64,000 nt of DNA from Balanoglossus misakiensis (lineage: Eukaryota; Animalia; Hemichordata). The stretch spans positions 10,317,846 through 10,381,845 of the forward strand of contig CM082577.2 in assembly GCA_040954595.2 (NCBI GenBank), given 5' to 3'. Positions 42,201 to 53,400 of the stretch are shown piece by piece. The stretch's first letter is position 1. Every line of letters begins with the position of its first letter. A model generated the notes under the pieces. The model did not search any database. It saw nothing but the letters and a program-made list of their open reading frames with translations, and was not told the DNA's origin. The position numbers and the translations under genes are program-made.

Positions 42201-45200
42201 TTTTTACAAGCAGAACAGGTCTGGGGACAGCTGTTTGCTTTTGTGATATCATCTAGTGACTCATCATTTCGAATGTGGTCTTTAGGAAAAAGAACTCTGC
42301 AATGCAGGACAGCTGTAACATTACGACATCATCATGTGTCTTGCTGAAGTCGTCCAAGAAATGTGATCCTGATCCATGGGTTGAGTGAAAAGAGCATTGT
42401 GAACATTTATTAAATAAACTTTTTTCTTGGGTCTAGCTCAATAAAAGATCAAATTCTGTTGTTAAAGGCAAGGTGACCTTCTTTATCAGCTTTTAAAACA
42501 AATGGATTACCGTGATAAAGATTTCAATGGAAAACAATAGGTTTGCACCACACAAACATTCAGTGTCAACAAGAGTTAATGCAAGAACCAGGGATTGAAA
42601 ATTGCCCCTTTAAAGCTACATGTACATGTAAGTGTCTCTCTACTGTCTATGGTTGCATTTACTGGCAAGTAAACTGATAACTGATACAGAAACAATGACT
42701 GATTCCTGAATCGCGGTGGTAAGCTTATGACACTCAGTTTCACGGAACACATGCGAACAGATGGTGCTGTTACCCAATCTCCAGTGTACACATGACGGCT
42801 CATGATGGGAGTAAATATGACAGACAAGCTTAGATGATCATGTTTCATCATTTCTGCAGCAATCACAACGATCTGTTTCCCCCACTCTTGATCAATCTCT
42901 GTTCTCATATTGTCTCTACTTTCCTATTGTTGGGTGTCAATTTCAAAATGAAAATCGGACCCCTTCCTGTCAGGACTTCCCAGGTAGAGGTGATTATAAT
43001 CACTATCAATCGGAATATTTCGTTTTGCGATAAAGTAAATACTCGATATGTCATCATGCTTCAGGGATTCAAACAAGAACTCCAGCAATACACAACAGAC
43101 AAAAATACTGAAGACACAGTTACATGTATATACAACTAATGGAGGGAACATCTTGTTAATGGAAATTCTCAATGACTGTGACTTCAGTGTGCATGTAGTT
43201 GATTTTCTCAAAGGTTTGGTCAATTCGGCAACTCTGTGAAAACGCTCCACTGGTTACTTTTCAAGATCAAGTTATAATGTAATTGTCACATCATGATTTA
43301 TCAAAGTCTCATGTTCTGTGGTCATGACACTTGAATAAAGGCCAGTGCACTGAACTATAGATTTGATCTAGATGTCAGCACGAAATCAAAGAAATTCACC
43401 GACCTCTAAAAGCATGCGAACTTCCGCGATTGTCGGGCGCGGTGTGAACAGGCTGTTAACATGGACAATCGATCAGCAGTCAAGAGTCAATCGTTTTCAG
43501 GCGAACAGTGGAGGGGACCATGAACGGTTCTAAATCTCACACCTTTGGAGTTCAAAATCAGTGTCATCTTGACGTCATCACAGAAATTCCACGGTCACCC
43601 GCCACTTTCCTGTGCATGCCAAAGGAACGTGTGAAGAGCATTCACGTGCATGAGTCATTGAATCGCATGTGAATTAAAAGTCCATACAGGATGAAGTGCC
43701 TCGCTTTTTCTGCAAGAATGTGCTGTTCTGACCGCCTAGTTAAAATAACCAAGGTTATTGTCGTCTAATTCCTGTATGTACGTGGCCAACAATGTCTAAT
43801 GTTTCATTTTCGTAATTTATTTTATTTTGTTTGCTATTTAATCATACTGTAAAACGGGTTATCTTCGCGAGCAATAAGTTTTCGCGAAATACGCGAGAGC
43901 CAAAAAAGCATGAAAATAAAAGTCACGTAAAATGTTTTTCGGAGATAACGATGCAGTTAATGCTAGTGAAATACGAGAATGTGAAAATTAATCCTCGTGT
44001 AACAGTTGCCTCTTTTGACATAGCGAAAATTTCCTATTGCGAAAATAACCCGTTTTACAGTATTTAACGCTGTCACTGCCGACAGACAGACTTGCATACA
44101 TATACATACCAGTACCTACAAGGACAGATACACAAAAATCAACAAATGCAATCATAATCACATGTACAGCAGTCATAGACAATGTACCTGACGAACATAT
44201 ATCTACAGAATTGCATGTTATTTGTTTCTCATCAATGGGTTGACCTGTCACCTGACAAAAAGTCAAATGCCACGTTGATGTCTATCTTGGCAAATCTAAT
44301 AGTCTGGAAAGCATTAAGAGTTTAGACTGACACAATCAAGTTATTGGATGTTGTTTCAGGGAAGATTTCACGTCGAAATGTCAACGATTAGAGAAATCTG
44401 GCAGGGGTATATCGGTTCTCGCGACCATCACGAAGCAAGGCTGTGTCGGTGATAGATAACCTTTAGTAGGCATTGATGGTTTGTTGGGGTAGTTGATATG
44501 TATATGTAATATATAGATCCAACTCTCATGGCTGAGTTGTAAGTTCAGGAGACGGATTAATTTTTCGCGAACTATGCGAGAGCCCCCAAAAACCACAAAA
44601 AATAAAAAGTCGCCTAAAAATGTGTTGTTTTTTTCAGAGATAACGATGCAGTGAAATGTGAGAACGCCGAAACAAATCGTCGCATAACAGTTGCTGACTT
44701 TGATATCGCGAAAAATTTCATGTTGCAAAAAGTTCCCAGCTTGTTGATTTACTGGTGTGATGATGTTGTGATATCCAGTATGCGTGTCAAATACACTTGT
44801 ATTTTACAGGATTCAAGCTTTGCAGAACCTATTGTACCGATTCTCAGTTCTCAGCATTGCAAAACTTTTTATGAATCTCTTACAGTTTATAGACAAAGAG
44901 AATATGAGGGATTTGCTGGCACGTGCAGAAATGCCCCCCTAAGTTTCTTCTAATTTAAAGGAAGGCCAGTGGCCGATATTAACCGATATGAATTTGCTTT
45001 CTGCCCAGATTTCTAGGATGACACTTGACTTTTATTCTATGCAGCCTGATGGCACTGCACGTAGTATGAGCAGAAACTTGTAAGATTTGAGTTTTTGAGG
45101 TGCAAGAAATTAGAAAGACACACTGGCCAGATGCTAAATGTCAGAATGTGCTTATTGTACCCGGTGGCATATGCGCTCTGCCATGTAAAACAGCCAGCCA

Positions 45201-48200
45201 TTGGCCTGAAAATGGTGACATTTAACGAGCACGTACAAATCAGCCAATCAGAATGAATGGTGCATGGCCTCGTTCAATTGTGTGTGAATTTTGATAACTG
45301 CAGCTTGGGCTTGAATTGCTGTTTTAAATGTCACCGTACGATTGAATGACTTCCTACAGCAAATGAGCTCCTGTTACCATTGCCAGAACTCAACAAATCG
45401 AACAGATATTGCCGACAGCGTCTGCATTTCCAATATTAATTTACGTCTGGTGTTGCATTTTCTGAAATCTGAAAAAAAAGAATCTGTGTCTCAGTGTTCT
45501 GATTTGCCATCAAAATTTTGAAATCAAAATTTTGAGATTCTCGTTCAAAGTAAAGCTGGCGTGATCAGCAAATCAGTCTGAATCAGGTCAGACTTGAATG
45601 CCTACAATACCCAAGGCTTTTTTCAAATTATTTTTTACAGAATTGAATTTTAGCATCTGACACCCGAGAGCGAAGCAATTTTTTCCAAGGTATTACATGA
45701 AAATCACACCTTTGATAATTTTGCATCATTGAAGGGTAAAGCTAGATTGGACAGAGTTCCAAATAACTGTAAATAGTGAAAGCGAGATTCAAACTTTATA
45801 AACAGAAACAGCGAAAAAATTGATTCACGTCTGACATGCCAAGCACCTGTGGTAGCTGTGGAAATAATTTGACTCCACAAAACAATTTCATATAGTTAAA
45901 GTACATGTATAAGGATGATTGGAGTTTTTCCCAAAATTTTGCAAATGCTCGCACATGCATTTGTCAACAATAACAATAACAATGATTGGTACACATAAAA
46001 ATTATTTGCAGAAAACCGGGAATACTGGGATACCAGGGATACTATAGGGAGGAGAACAAGAAAATTTAAGACACACACAAAAATACTTAAAAATGAACTG
46101 AAGTTACAGATAGTGGTCCTTTAAATTGCCATGTTAACTCTGAACAGTTAAAGGTACAAACATGGCCTGCATTTGCTTCCATGCAGCTTAATTACCATAT
46201 AAACTTCAATAATTCACAAGAGCAAAAAAACAACATAATTTCGATTTTCAATTATACCCTTACCCAAAGCTATAAAATTGAATTAGTACACTTTAAATTC
46301 AATGGGTTTCCAATCCTATGACTCCTTGCTTGCTGTGTCTGCTAGTAATCATAAAATGTGAATTTTACAGTGTACATTTGGAATTTATTTTACATGTTTC
46401 CCCATTTTGATCGTTCAAAAGCAAGTATTTTGAATTGCAACAGAAACTTGTTTTTCCAACATATTCTAACGGAATCCAAGTCAGTGAAATTAAAATTTCG
46501 AGTGCAATGGATCTATAATGATGATTTATGTACAGTGGAACCATTAGCTTTTTTATGATCCTTGGTAATTGAAAAATTGTTGATTCCTGATGTGGAATTC
46601 ATGTCTAGTGTCCACTCTCAAATGAATATTTCATAACGCAGGCTATATTGGCGCTCATGCCAGTAGTGCATCTCTGTGTTGTTCTGGGGGGGGGGGGGTA
46701 GTATTACTTTCTGTACTCACAGGATTCTGTTTCATCAAATATTCCACTTGATTATAGTGTTATTAATATGATCATCTCGGTTGATTTTACCCCCTGTTGG
46801 GAATTCTGTGCAGTCTTGCCATATATATCTATATATTCCCTCCGTTTATCCCAGTGGAACCAGCAGCTAACATGAACGGCACTCAAAAAAGGATCATGGG
46901 ATATCTTAACTTGTAGGTTTTATCAATATGGTTTGATTTATAGTCCCTGCATAATTTGCCTGTTCGGTCGTTACAAGTGTGTTCCTTGCTTTAGATGAAA
47001 TTTAACGGTCTGTATGGAACAAGAGCTGATATGGTGTCGAACGGAACACGAGCCAATATCGTGTCATACACCACTTGTTTCTATTCAGGGGGACACAGGT
47101 TACAGTGCCCCATTTCAGTTGGAATCCATCAGCATAATTTGATTGGAAACCCCTTTGACTTTGCGGTCATGTAGTGTTCAGAAGTAGAAAACATCAGTTC
47201 ATAAACATCATTTGGTGAGAATGGGGATAATGTACCAATTGCTGTTCTCATGCCAACGTCACGAATTTTTATATGCCCTTCAATGCAAACTATTAAGACA
47301 GACATTGTGAGCCATTACAGTTTGCAATGTGTTTGACTTTGAACATAGACCAGAAATTAGCTTTATTTAGAAAAAAAATCGTGGTTGTCAGCTCTGAAGT
47401 GTAATATTAACGGACGAGTACTGAATGTGACATCAGAAAATAGTTACCTAATTGTTTATTAAAAATAAACTCCAGCAAATGCCTTCTCTGTCATTGGCAA
47501 CACCTAAAAACTGTAGTCAGAGACACTGCCGACACAGAGAAAAACAGTCTTGTCAAGTCACAAACCCAAAGTAAAGTTTTATTACAATAAAGTACTACAC
47601 AAAATTACATGTCATGTTTTGATGACCAATTGTGATTGAAGTACAGACATTTGCCTAATACAACATAGCTAGTGAAGTGTAAATTACAAGGGGAAAGACA
47701 ACTTTCTTCTTAAATAGAAAACATAAAAGAGAGAAAATCTCTGTAAAATGCGTTGTACAGTTTCCAACCTTCTATCCCGCTTTACGCATTCGAGAAGTTG
47801 CATTGCATACTTTCACAGTACATTATTTAGGCCAAAACTAGTAAAAATTTTAAAAGGGCTCTCGACAGCACAAAAATTGATTACTTACAAACCAAATACA
47901 CTCACACTTGTTATCCGACCAAATCAGTCCTAATCCAGTTTTATGGAAGGCCAAATGAAAGATGTCAGCTGACATGTCGGATTTGAAATATGGTACTTTA
48001 ACACCGATAACACCATTACTCTTGCGGCCTAAAAAAAGAATCTTATCATGTCCTGAAAAGCCCTTTTTATTTTTTTTTCCCTCCGTCGTGTGTGAAGATT
48101 CAAACCCCAAGGAGACTTGCAAAAAAGAGCAACGATTTGCTCTTTGTATGCGTTGCTTGCTGTCTATCAGGTCAAGTGGTTTTTCCCTCAGTTAATGGTT

Positions 48201-49067
48201 TTTTGCTTCCCATCAGGTGCTAATGTGTCAGGCGCATAGGGCCTTGTTGTATTAACCGCAAAAGCTGCGGTTTTCACGTTGAGCGGATCCGACAGGTGTG
48301 ATTATATCAAAGAAATCACGTGCGTGTGCACTCTCTTTCTGTTAGAACAGCATATCGGCCAGAACATATTTGTGATTCCCGACAATCCAGCAGGCTGTTC
48401 TCGCCTATGGGAAATCAGGCCTCCATCTCGACTTCACACCTTGTTGTAACCTGCATCTCATGGCGATAGCGAGATATTACTAGTATATCTCAAATTTGTG
48501 AGCTAGCGCAGACATGTGTTGTTATTTCGACACAGAATGGTTTGAAACTATGAGTACCATTATAGTTTTTTTTTTATTACCATAGTTTGGTCGAATCCTG
48601 TTCCTCTTTTAGTAAAACATTTGGATGGGTACAAAGGGTTAAGCATAACCCATATTCATTTATTTTTTTTGGGGGGGGGGAGCTCCTCAAAGTCTGTATA
48701 TAGACCAAAGGAGCTTTTATTGTAAACTGAAATTTCAGTGCATTATTTTCAACTCCACCCGTCCAGAAATAGATGTCCTAAAGAAAGTGAGAACAGTTAA
48801 GTTAATCTCTGCATTAAATATAATTTAATTAAAGGTTATCTTCTTCATTCAATTTTTGTCCTCGCAGACCAGGATGGAGCGGAACCAAGCGCCAACTCGG
48901 TGTCGGCCTTGAATTTACTGCGACTGTCCCACTACCTCAACAAGACCGAGTGGGAAGCCAAGGCCACAGCTTTGCTGAAGGTGTTCGGTGAAAGACTGAA
49001 GAAGATCCCCATGGCATTGCCGGAGATGATGTCAGCTCTTCTGTTCCTGCAGGGATCAACAAAACAG
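15162..49067 (+). CDS. SPATA20: SPATA20 (spermatogenesis-associated protein 20 / SSP411, YyaL family: thioredoxin-like domain plus six-hairpin glycosidase-like domain), 3'-partial, 13 coding exons
   Basis: join(15162..15271,15815..15879,19130..19284,20882..21025,21527..21722,22011..22141,25329..25433,25973..26047,26518..26727,27508..27700,28057..28225,28573..28781,48868..49067) = 1962 nt, 654 codons, open, all introns GT..AG. Diagnostic motifs: [132 protein letters not shown]. Confidence 0.97.
15815..15879 (+). CDS. SPATA20: SPATA20 coding exon 2
   Basis: ttcttag acceptor; (W)[21 protein letters not shown](V); donor GTAGGG. Confidence 0.95.
18061..18292. mobile_element. GC-rich, probably truncated MITE fragment (PIF/Harbinger-like end)
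   Basis: GC/CpG-rich island in an AT-rich intron with repeated TTCACACGTG. ACCTTTTCACACGTG (~18208) forms an inverted repeat with CACGTGAGAAAAGGGT-TA, with the internal dyad AACGCCGCCC...GGGCGGCGTT. The superfamily is inferred from end motifs only. Confidence 0.45.
18769..18866. mobile_element. piggyBac-type MITE (TTAA TSD), 90 bp
   Basis: TTAA-CCCTTTCACC ... GGTGAAAGGG-TTAA. A possible degenerate relative lies near 16995-17075. Confidence 0.8.
19130..19284 (+). CDS. SPATA20: SPATA20 coding exon 3 (thioredoxin-like CHWC motif)
   Basis: (V)[51 protein letters not shown]; cag acceptor, GTGTGT donor. Confidence 0.97.
20882..21025 (+). CDS. SPATA20: SPATA20 coding exon 4
   Basis: [48 protein letters not shown]; cag acceptor, GTAATT donor. 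Confidence 0.96.
21527..21722 (+). CDS. SPATA20: SPATA20 coding exon 5
   Basis: [12 protein letters not shown]...[17 protein letters not shown]; ttccag acceptor, GTACGT donor. Confidence 0.95.
22011..22141 (+). CDS. SPATA20: SPATA20 coding exon 6
   Basis: (V)[43 protein letters not shown]; polypyrimidine-cag acceptor, GTAAAT donor. Confidence 0.95.
22200..22599. mobile_element. Degenerate foldback / non-autonomous DNA element
   Basis: Nested inverted repeats: GAATCTCACACAT..CCCAGG vs CCTGGG..ATGTGTATGAGATTC, and GATTTCTCACAC/GATATTTTGTCT vs AGACAAAATATC/GTGTGAGAAATC. The 3' part has repeated TCCCACACTC and small terminal hairpins. Confidence 0.55.
25329..25433 (+). CDS. SPATA20: SPATA20 coding exon 7
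   Basis: [35 protein letters not shown]; cag acceptor, GTATAT donor. Confidence 0.96.
25973..26047 (+). CDS. SPATA20: SPATA20 coding exon 8
   Basis: [25 protein letters not shown]; ttcag acceptor, GTGAGT donor. Confidence 0.95.
26518..26727 (+). CDS. SPATA20: SPATA20 coding exon 9
   Basis: [30 protein letters not shown]...[14 protein letters not shown]; ctgcag acceptor, GTGAGT donor. Confidence 0.96.
26782..27024 (+). mobile_element. TTAA-flanked MITE family B (Kolobok-like AGGG..CCCT ends), copy 1, empty site
   Basis: TTAA-AGGGAAGCGGTCGTC ... GACGACCGCTTCCCT-TTAA, perfect 15-bp TIRs. Confidence 0.85.
27508..27700 (+). CDS. SPATA20: SPATA20 coding exon 10
   Basis: [12 protein letters not shown]...[18 protein letters not shown](G); cacag acceptor, GTAATG donor. 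Confidence 0.96.
28057..28225 (+). CDS. SPATA20: SPATA20 coding exon 11
   Basis: (G)[55 protein letters not shown](I); tag acceptor, GTAAGT donor. Confidence 0.95.
28573..28781 (+). CDS. SPATA20: SPATA20 coding exon 12
   Basis: [54 protein letters not shown]...ILLRMKE; tgcag acceptor, GTGAGT donor. Confidence 0.96.
31632..31662. repeat. Microsatellite (TTTG)n
   Basis: tttatttgtttgtttgtttgtttgtttgttt. Confidence 0.85.
34717..34894 (+). mobile_element. MITE family C, copy 1
   Basis: TATACGGTCACCT ... AGGTGACCGTGTA inverted ends; interior shared with 40867-41043 and (reverse) 54653-54798. Confidence 0.7.
36832..37090 (+). mobile_element. Decayed L2/CR1-group LINE ORF2 C-terminal fragment
   Basis: The translation [34 protein letters not shown]...HTTPI, then a frameshifted ...DLIELYVP.., matches the post-RT motif of L2/CR1 LINEs ([19 protein letters not shown]....L.RLQ..QNAAAR...HITP). 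Confidence 0.85.
37229..37580 (+). mobile_element. MITE family B, copy 2 (carries a nested palindromic insertion)
   Basis: Collinear with 26782-27024 (GGGTGTCCCCCTTGAT, CTAGGATCTTCAGTTGCTGTC, GGTTGGCTGCTTC, TCTAATTTCAGGGATTTG) but interrupted at GTTGCTGTC. Confidence 0.85.
37342..37438. mobile_element. 97-bp near-perfect palindromic (foldback) insertion with 9-bp TSD
   Basis: CAATCTGATTAAAATCAGATGTAGGGAACGGCGACGTGG-T7-ATG|CAT-A6-CCACGTCGCCGTTCCCTACATCTGATTTTAATCAGATTG flanked by GTTGCTGTC on both sides. Confidence 0.9.
40867..41043 (+). mobile_element. MITE family C, copy 2
   Basis: TCACCTATGCAAATTTA...GTTACCATGG...AGCCA(G)TCA...CATATTTAAATTAGAGGTGACTGTATA matches copy 1. Confidence 0.7.
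43845..44062 (+). mobile_element. MITE family A, copy 3
   Basis: TA-CTGTAAAACGGGTTATCTTCGCG ... GCGAAAATAACCCGTTTTACAG-TA. Confidence 0.87.
44558..44737 (+). mobile_element. MITE family A, degenerate or truncated copy 4
   Basis: Interior matches family A (GAGATAACGATGCAGTGAAAT...GATATCGCGAAAAATTTC) but the ends are eroded. Confidence 0.7.
48868..49067 (+). CDS. SPATA20: SPATA20 coding exon 13 (after a 20-kb intron)
   Basis: (D)[66 protein letters not shown]; phase-1 join with exon 12; ctcgcag acceptor, GTAAGA donor. Confidence 0.95.
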
Positions 49068-49801
49068 GTAAGAAAAGAAAATGGTGAGATCGTATGTCAG
49101 TCTCAGACTACACATCAAGCCAGCAAGCAGCATCAAAGTGTTGTCTCTTTCACATTTTATAAAAGTCTTTTTAAAAAATTGACAAACATTCTAGGTCTGA
49201 AAAAATAGTTAGTCTATCAAGTATTGGTAGAATCAAATTATCGCACATATATATTTTGCTTGTTTTGCAAAAAAAATATTGTATACATATACATGTATAA
49301 CCATTTTTATAGCATATGAAAGAATTACACGTCTTTGCCATAAAGGGACAGTCCCTTCAATGTCCCTTTCTGGTATGATGTAATTTCGAGCATTAACATA
49401 AATGTGGGGGACGGAACCCAGTAAGAAAAGAACTATCACGATTCGCAAACTTAAAACTTCAAGCCTTGAAGAAGATAATGCTGTATTTGAGAAGCTTCCC
49501 CCATGGAACCTACGTTTTCCCGAGTAGCGCGATATTTCCTCCAGGGCATAGATTACTTCGCGGATAGGGTATCTGCAATGCATTGTGGTATAATTTGCGT
49601 TCAACATAGCGTCTAGTACATCGCTAACGCACACGCTCAGAACGCGAACTGCCGCACAACCCCCTGCGTTATTCTATCCACAAAGTGGTCCATGGGGGGT
49701 TAAACCATGCGCTGCGACGGGGTGAAGGAATTATAGAGAACGTCAGTGTGATTCATCTTTTAGCGGCAACAGTTATAAGATTTTACTGTTTATTATTGTA
49801 T

Positions 49802-50015
49802 AACTGTAAAACGGGAAATGTTCGCAATATCAAAAGAGGCAACTGTTATATGATTAATTTTCGCGTTCTGGTATTTTACTGCATTGTTATCTGAAAAAAA
49901 ATTTATACACAATTTTTTCATTTTCGTGGGTTTTTTGGGGCTCTCTGGTAGTTCACGAAAATTTATGATCATTCGCGAAAATTTATCATTCGCGAAAATT
50001 TCCCGTTTTACAGTA
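49802..50015 (-). mobile_element. MITE family A, copy 5 (reverse orientation)
   Basis: CTGTAAAACGGGAAAT ... ATTTCCCGTTTTACAG-TA; the interior is the reverse complement of family A and includes a short internal duplication of TCATTCGCGAAAATTT. Confidence 0.8.
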
Positions 50016-50427
50016 TTCCATCCACTAGACCTGTGACATGCCCTCCAGATAATTCTGATAACAAACGCGAGCGAAACTAGAAGACCAACAAATGAGCTTG
50101 CAATTTATCAGGTTTCAGCGTTTGCAGTAGTTTGGCGTGACCCACTTCCACCTGAAGAAAGAAGGTTAATACAGGGATTAGCCGACAAGCTGCAATTGAG
50201 TCGGTGGAAACTTTAATCTGTACACTAGGTGATTCATTTTGGGGTGGGTTTTTCAGCAATCTGGTCTAAAATGGACATCACTTTTTTGTTTTGTCACATT
50301 TTTCGCCATACCGAACTCAAACTACATTAAAGTAGGACTGAAGGTTCAACATAAATTCCTAATAAGGTGTTATATATCTAAGGCCATTTGGTCTAAACTA
50401 GGGTATGTGTTTAGTTGTTTTTCTTTT

Positions 50428-50439
50428 TTGTTTGTTTGT

Positions 50440-50474
<35 letters not shown>
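50428..50474. repeat. Compound microsatellite (TTTG)n(TTG)n
   Basis: Directly visible tandem TTTG units followed by TTG units. Confidence 0.9.
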
Positions 50475-50475
<1 letters not shown>

Positions 50476-53400
50476 TGGGGTGAATCGTCTAAAATGCGAC
50501 CAGATGTCGGGTACCCCCTCTTCCCCACCCCCACCCCCAAGGGTAAACAATGAATTGGGGTTCGCGCACTACTGAAGAGCAGTGACAGAAATGCTGAAGC
50601 CGCGATCCGATTGAACTTTTGAACGAGGACACCGACCAGGGGAGGTTCATCCCATCTCTGTCCTTTTTTATTGCGCCGATTAAACACACAAGAATTGAAA
50701 TATGAGTGTTTGTAGATGTTATATTGCCGGAATTATGCAAATACCGATACACGGCGCACCATTTACATTCGGCATTTAATCACCAATGCTAATTTTTACT
50801 GCAGTGCAAAAAACATTATGTTGCCTCCTAACATGAAAATGAACATAACTGTGGTTGTACGGAATTGGTATCTCGCATTCTGCAGCGGAAAAAGAATGCG
50901 TTTCCGTGATTCATAAACTTTAATATCGCCGTTAACTACTGTATATTGTGCATTTCTTGGAGTGCTGTGGTTAGAGTTTTATCTTTGTTCACGACATTAC
51001 AAGGTGAAAACAAGATGAACTGAGAATGTGGAGACGGTGTCCTGCCCAGTTTGGTGTCATGGCCGTTTTCGTTCTTTTTTTCTGTTCATAAAATATGATA
51101 ATTCACTTTTCATGAGAGGTTTTTCAACCTTGTTACTTTATGATTTCCTGTGAAAAAAATATAGTCTGTAGCAAACTCCAGAAGTAGTAGCTTTTATTCA
51201 AATTGTCTCTCGAATCACACTTTCCAACAGTAAAAAATGGGTGTTAAAAACTGTGTGTCAACATAAATTTGGAATGTGGAATAACTGACATGCATCTAAC
51301 TCATCAAGGCCATCAGTGTCTGGAGTGTTTCCAAGTGTTACAAAGCAGTCCATGGTCGCCAGATTGATAATGATTGCCACACAGGGTTTGTTTTGAAAGA
51401 AACATCTGACAATCTGTCTGTATTGGTGTCAAGTGTAAAGTTTGCAAAAATCACCCGGCTGTGGATGTCTCAATTTATTTCTTATCATAGCACAGTAATA
51501 GTGCTATTGCTACTTTGCCTCAAAAGGTTAATTATTGTCTCGGCAGCGATGTCAAGACAACATAACATTTTGTCGAGCACATACTGGTACAGCCAAAACT
51601 GTACAAATGAACATGTCTTTTTTCAACTATAATAATTTTCGAAGTATGATCTTGTCCCCCCAGTTACAAAAGTTAAAAAATTTTGACTAATTTCTCCAGG
51701 CAGTCGGAATAATACAAGAAGTCTAAAACCAGTAACGGTCATCAGCAACCTTCAAACGGAAGCTACCAAGGATATTGCCAGCTGCCGTCTTTCCGGCTGA
51801 TTAATTCCTCTTCCCTGTAACTCATCTATCTTCCATCTCACTGTTTTTCTTTCATTTGCTTTATTATCCCAATCAAATGCAGAAAGGTCATAGTCTAAAG
51901 TGCCATTTACCTCCAGTAAAATATCCGTATATGTTTCATGTGCTTTGTTATCGTACATTATGTTTCACGTGCAAGCGTGCCGTTGCAATTTGTTGCGGTT
52001 ACAGTAAAATTTGATATTCTGAAATAACATTAATATTCTGAAAGAGGTTTTATGAAAATGATAAAAGATAGCACTGTTGAGTAATTAGACTCGCCATACT
52101 ATAGTTCTATGTCAATTGTTTCCTCTGGAGATAGTCTGGTAATCATTTTCTTTTTTTTAAGTTGAGTCGGTAATCACAAAGAGATAGTGGAACAAGGCCC
52201 GATGTTGTGTATTCCTCGGAGAACTGGGAAAGTGCGGTCAGTATGTCCTTGTGCAGACAGCTTTTGCCTTGTCCCAGACAAGTAATAGAACAGACCAGCA
52301 ACAGAATGCAATTCAGTGTCAGTGTTTCCACAGAGTGTAATCCAATGCTGGGTTCAACGGCAGGTCACGTCTCCAGCGACACATAATGGCATCTGCAGCC
52401 TTTATAGTCGGACGCCTTGAATTGAAGACGAGCCTTTCATCTTTGCGGATTCTTTTTAAATAATTATTTTGTAAATTTTGAGTTCAGTTTACATTGAAGA
52501 ATCAATTTGGCAGCCACTCTTTCCCCAACTGTACAACAACAACAACAGGCAGGCAGGTTTCCGCATGCCGTATTTTGTTTCCCCCTTCTCCGGCACATTT
52601 CCTGTCAGAAACACTTTCATCGTAACCATCAAATATGACCATGGAGCTATCCGCCTCCCATTATCTTGATGGCGTGTTTCCCAACCACCGCATCCCTGCA
52701 ATGCCATTAGCCGTTTGATAGCGGCGTCGGCCGGGGCCTTTAATGCGCAGCGCGTTGAATCACGGCCTCTGAAGTACGTGTCAAGTTCAATATTCGCGGG
52801 TGATAAGTAACCGATTAGGAGTCGGCGGCAATCAATTAGTTATCGGTCTCTTCTACTGTCGCTCAGCCCAAACATTTCCTGTGCTGGTGTATGAAATTCT
52901 TGTTTCCGTGCTGGGATCCATTTATTTTTGCTGTGTGTGATAAGAAGTACGCGATCCCTCTATTAGGCACTTTCGCACAACCCTATTAAAAATGGAGAAC
53001 ATCGCATCGACCTTCAACATGAGATATTTATCGCCCGAGTGAGCTATGTCTGCAGGCATAAATTGATTGTGGGTGAATGCTTTTTTTTTCAGACTGGAAT
53101 GTAGCTAACTTTAGATGAGAAAAAAAACACACAGCTGAATGATCTCTATTTATAAACGTGTTGGCAGATTTTATGCGACACAGTTTCACTACCGAGCATA
53201 ACTGGAAATAGCCAGTAATAAAATGACAAAGTTTGGCTACCAACTTTTTTTACAGCACTGTCATAACTTATGTTGTACTAGTATCACCTGCAAGCAACAA
53301 TGTTGTGTGAAATTATACGATGTCAATGTACAGTGTCAGTGGGTCACATTTTTTGTTGCATGTGCACTTTTCTAAGCATGCAATATTCGCAACATCACAT

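Noticed and set aside
52143-52331. 62-aa minus-strand ORF with a signal-peptide-like N-terminus (METLTLNCILLLVCSITCLGQG)
   Set aside because: The start codon is GTG, not ATG, and there is no convincing acceptor or recognisable homology. Likely a chance hydrophobic stretch.
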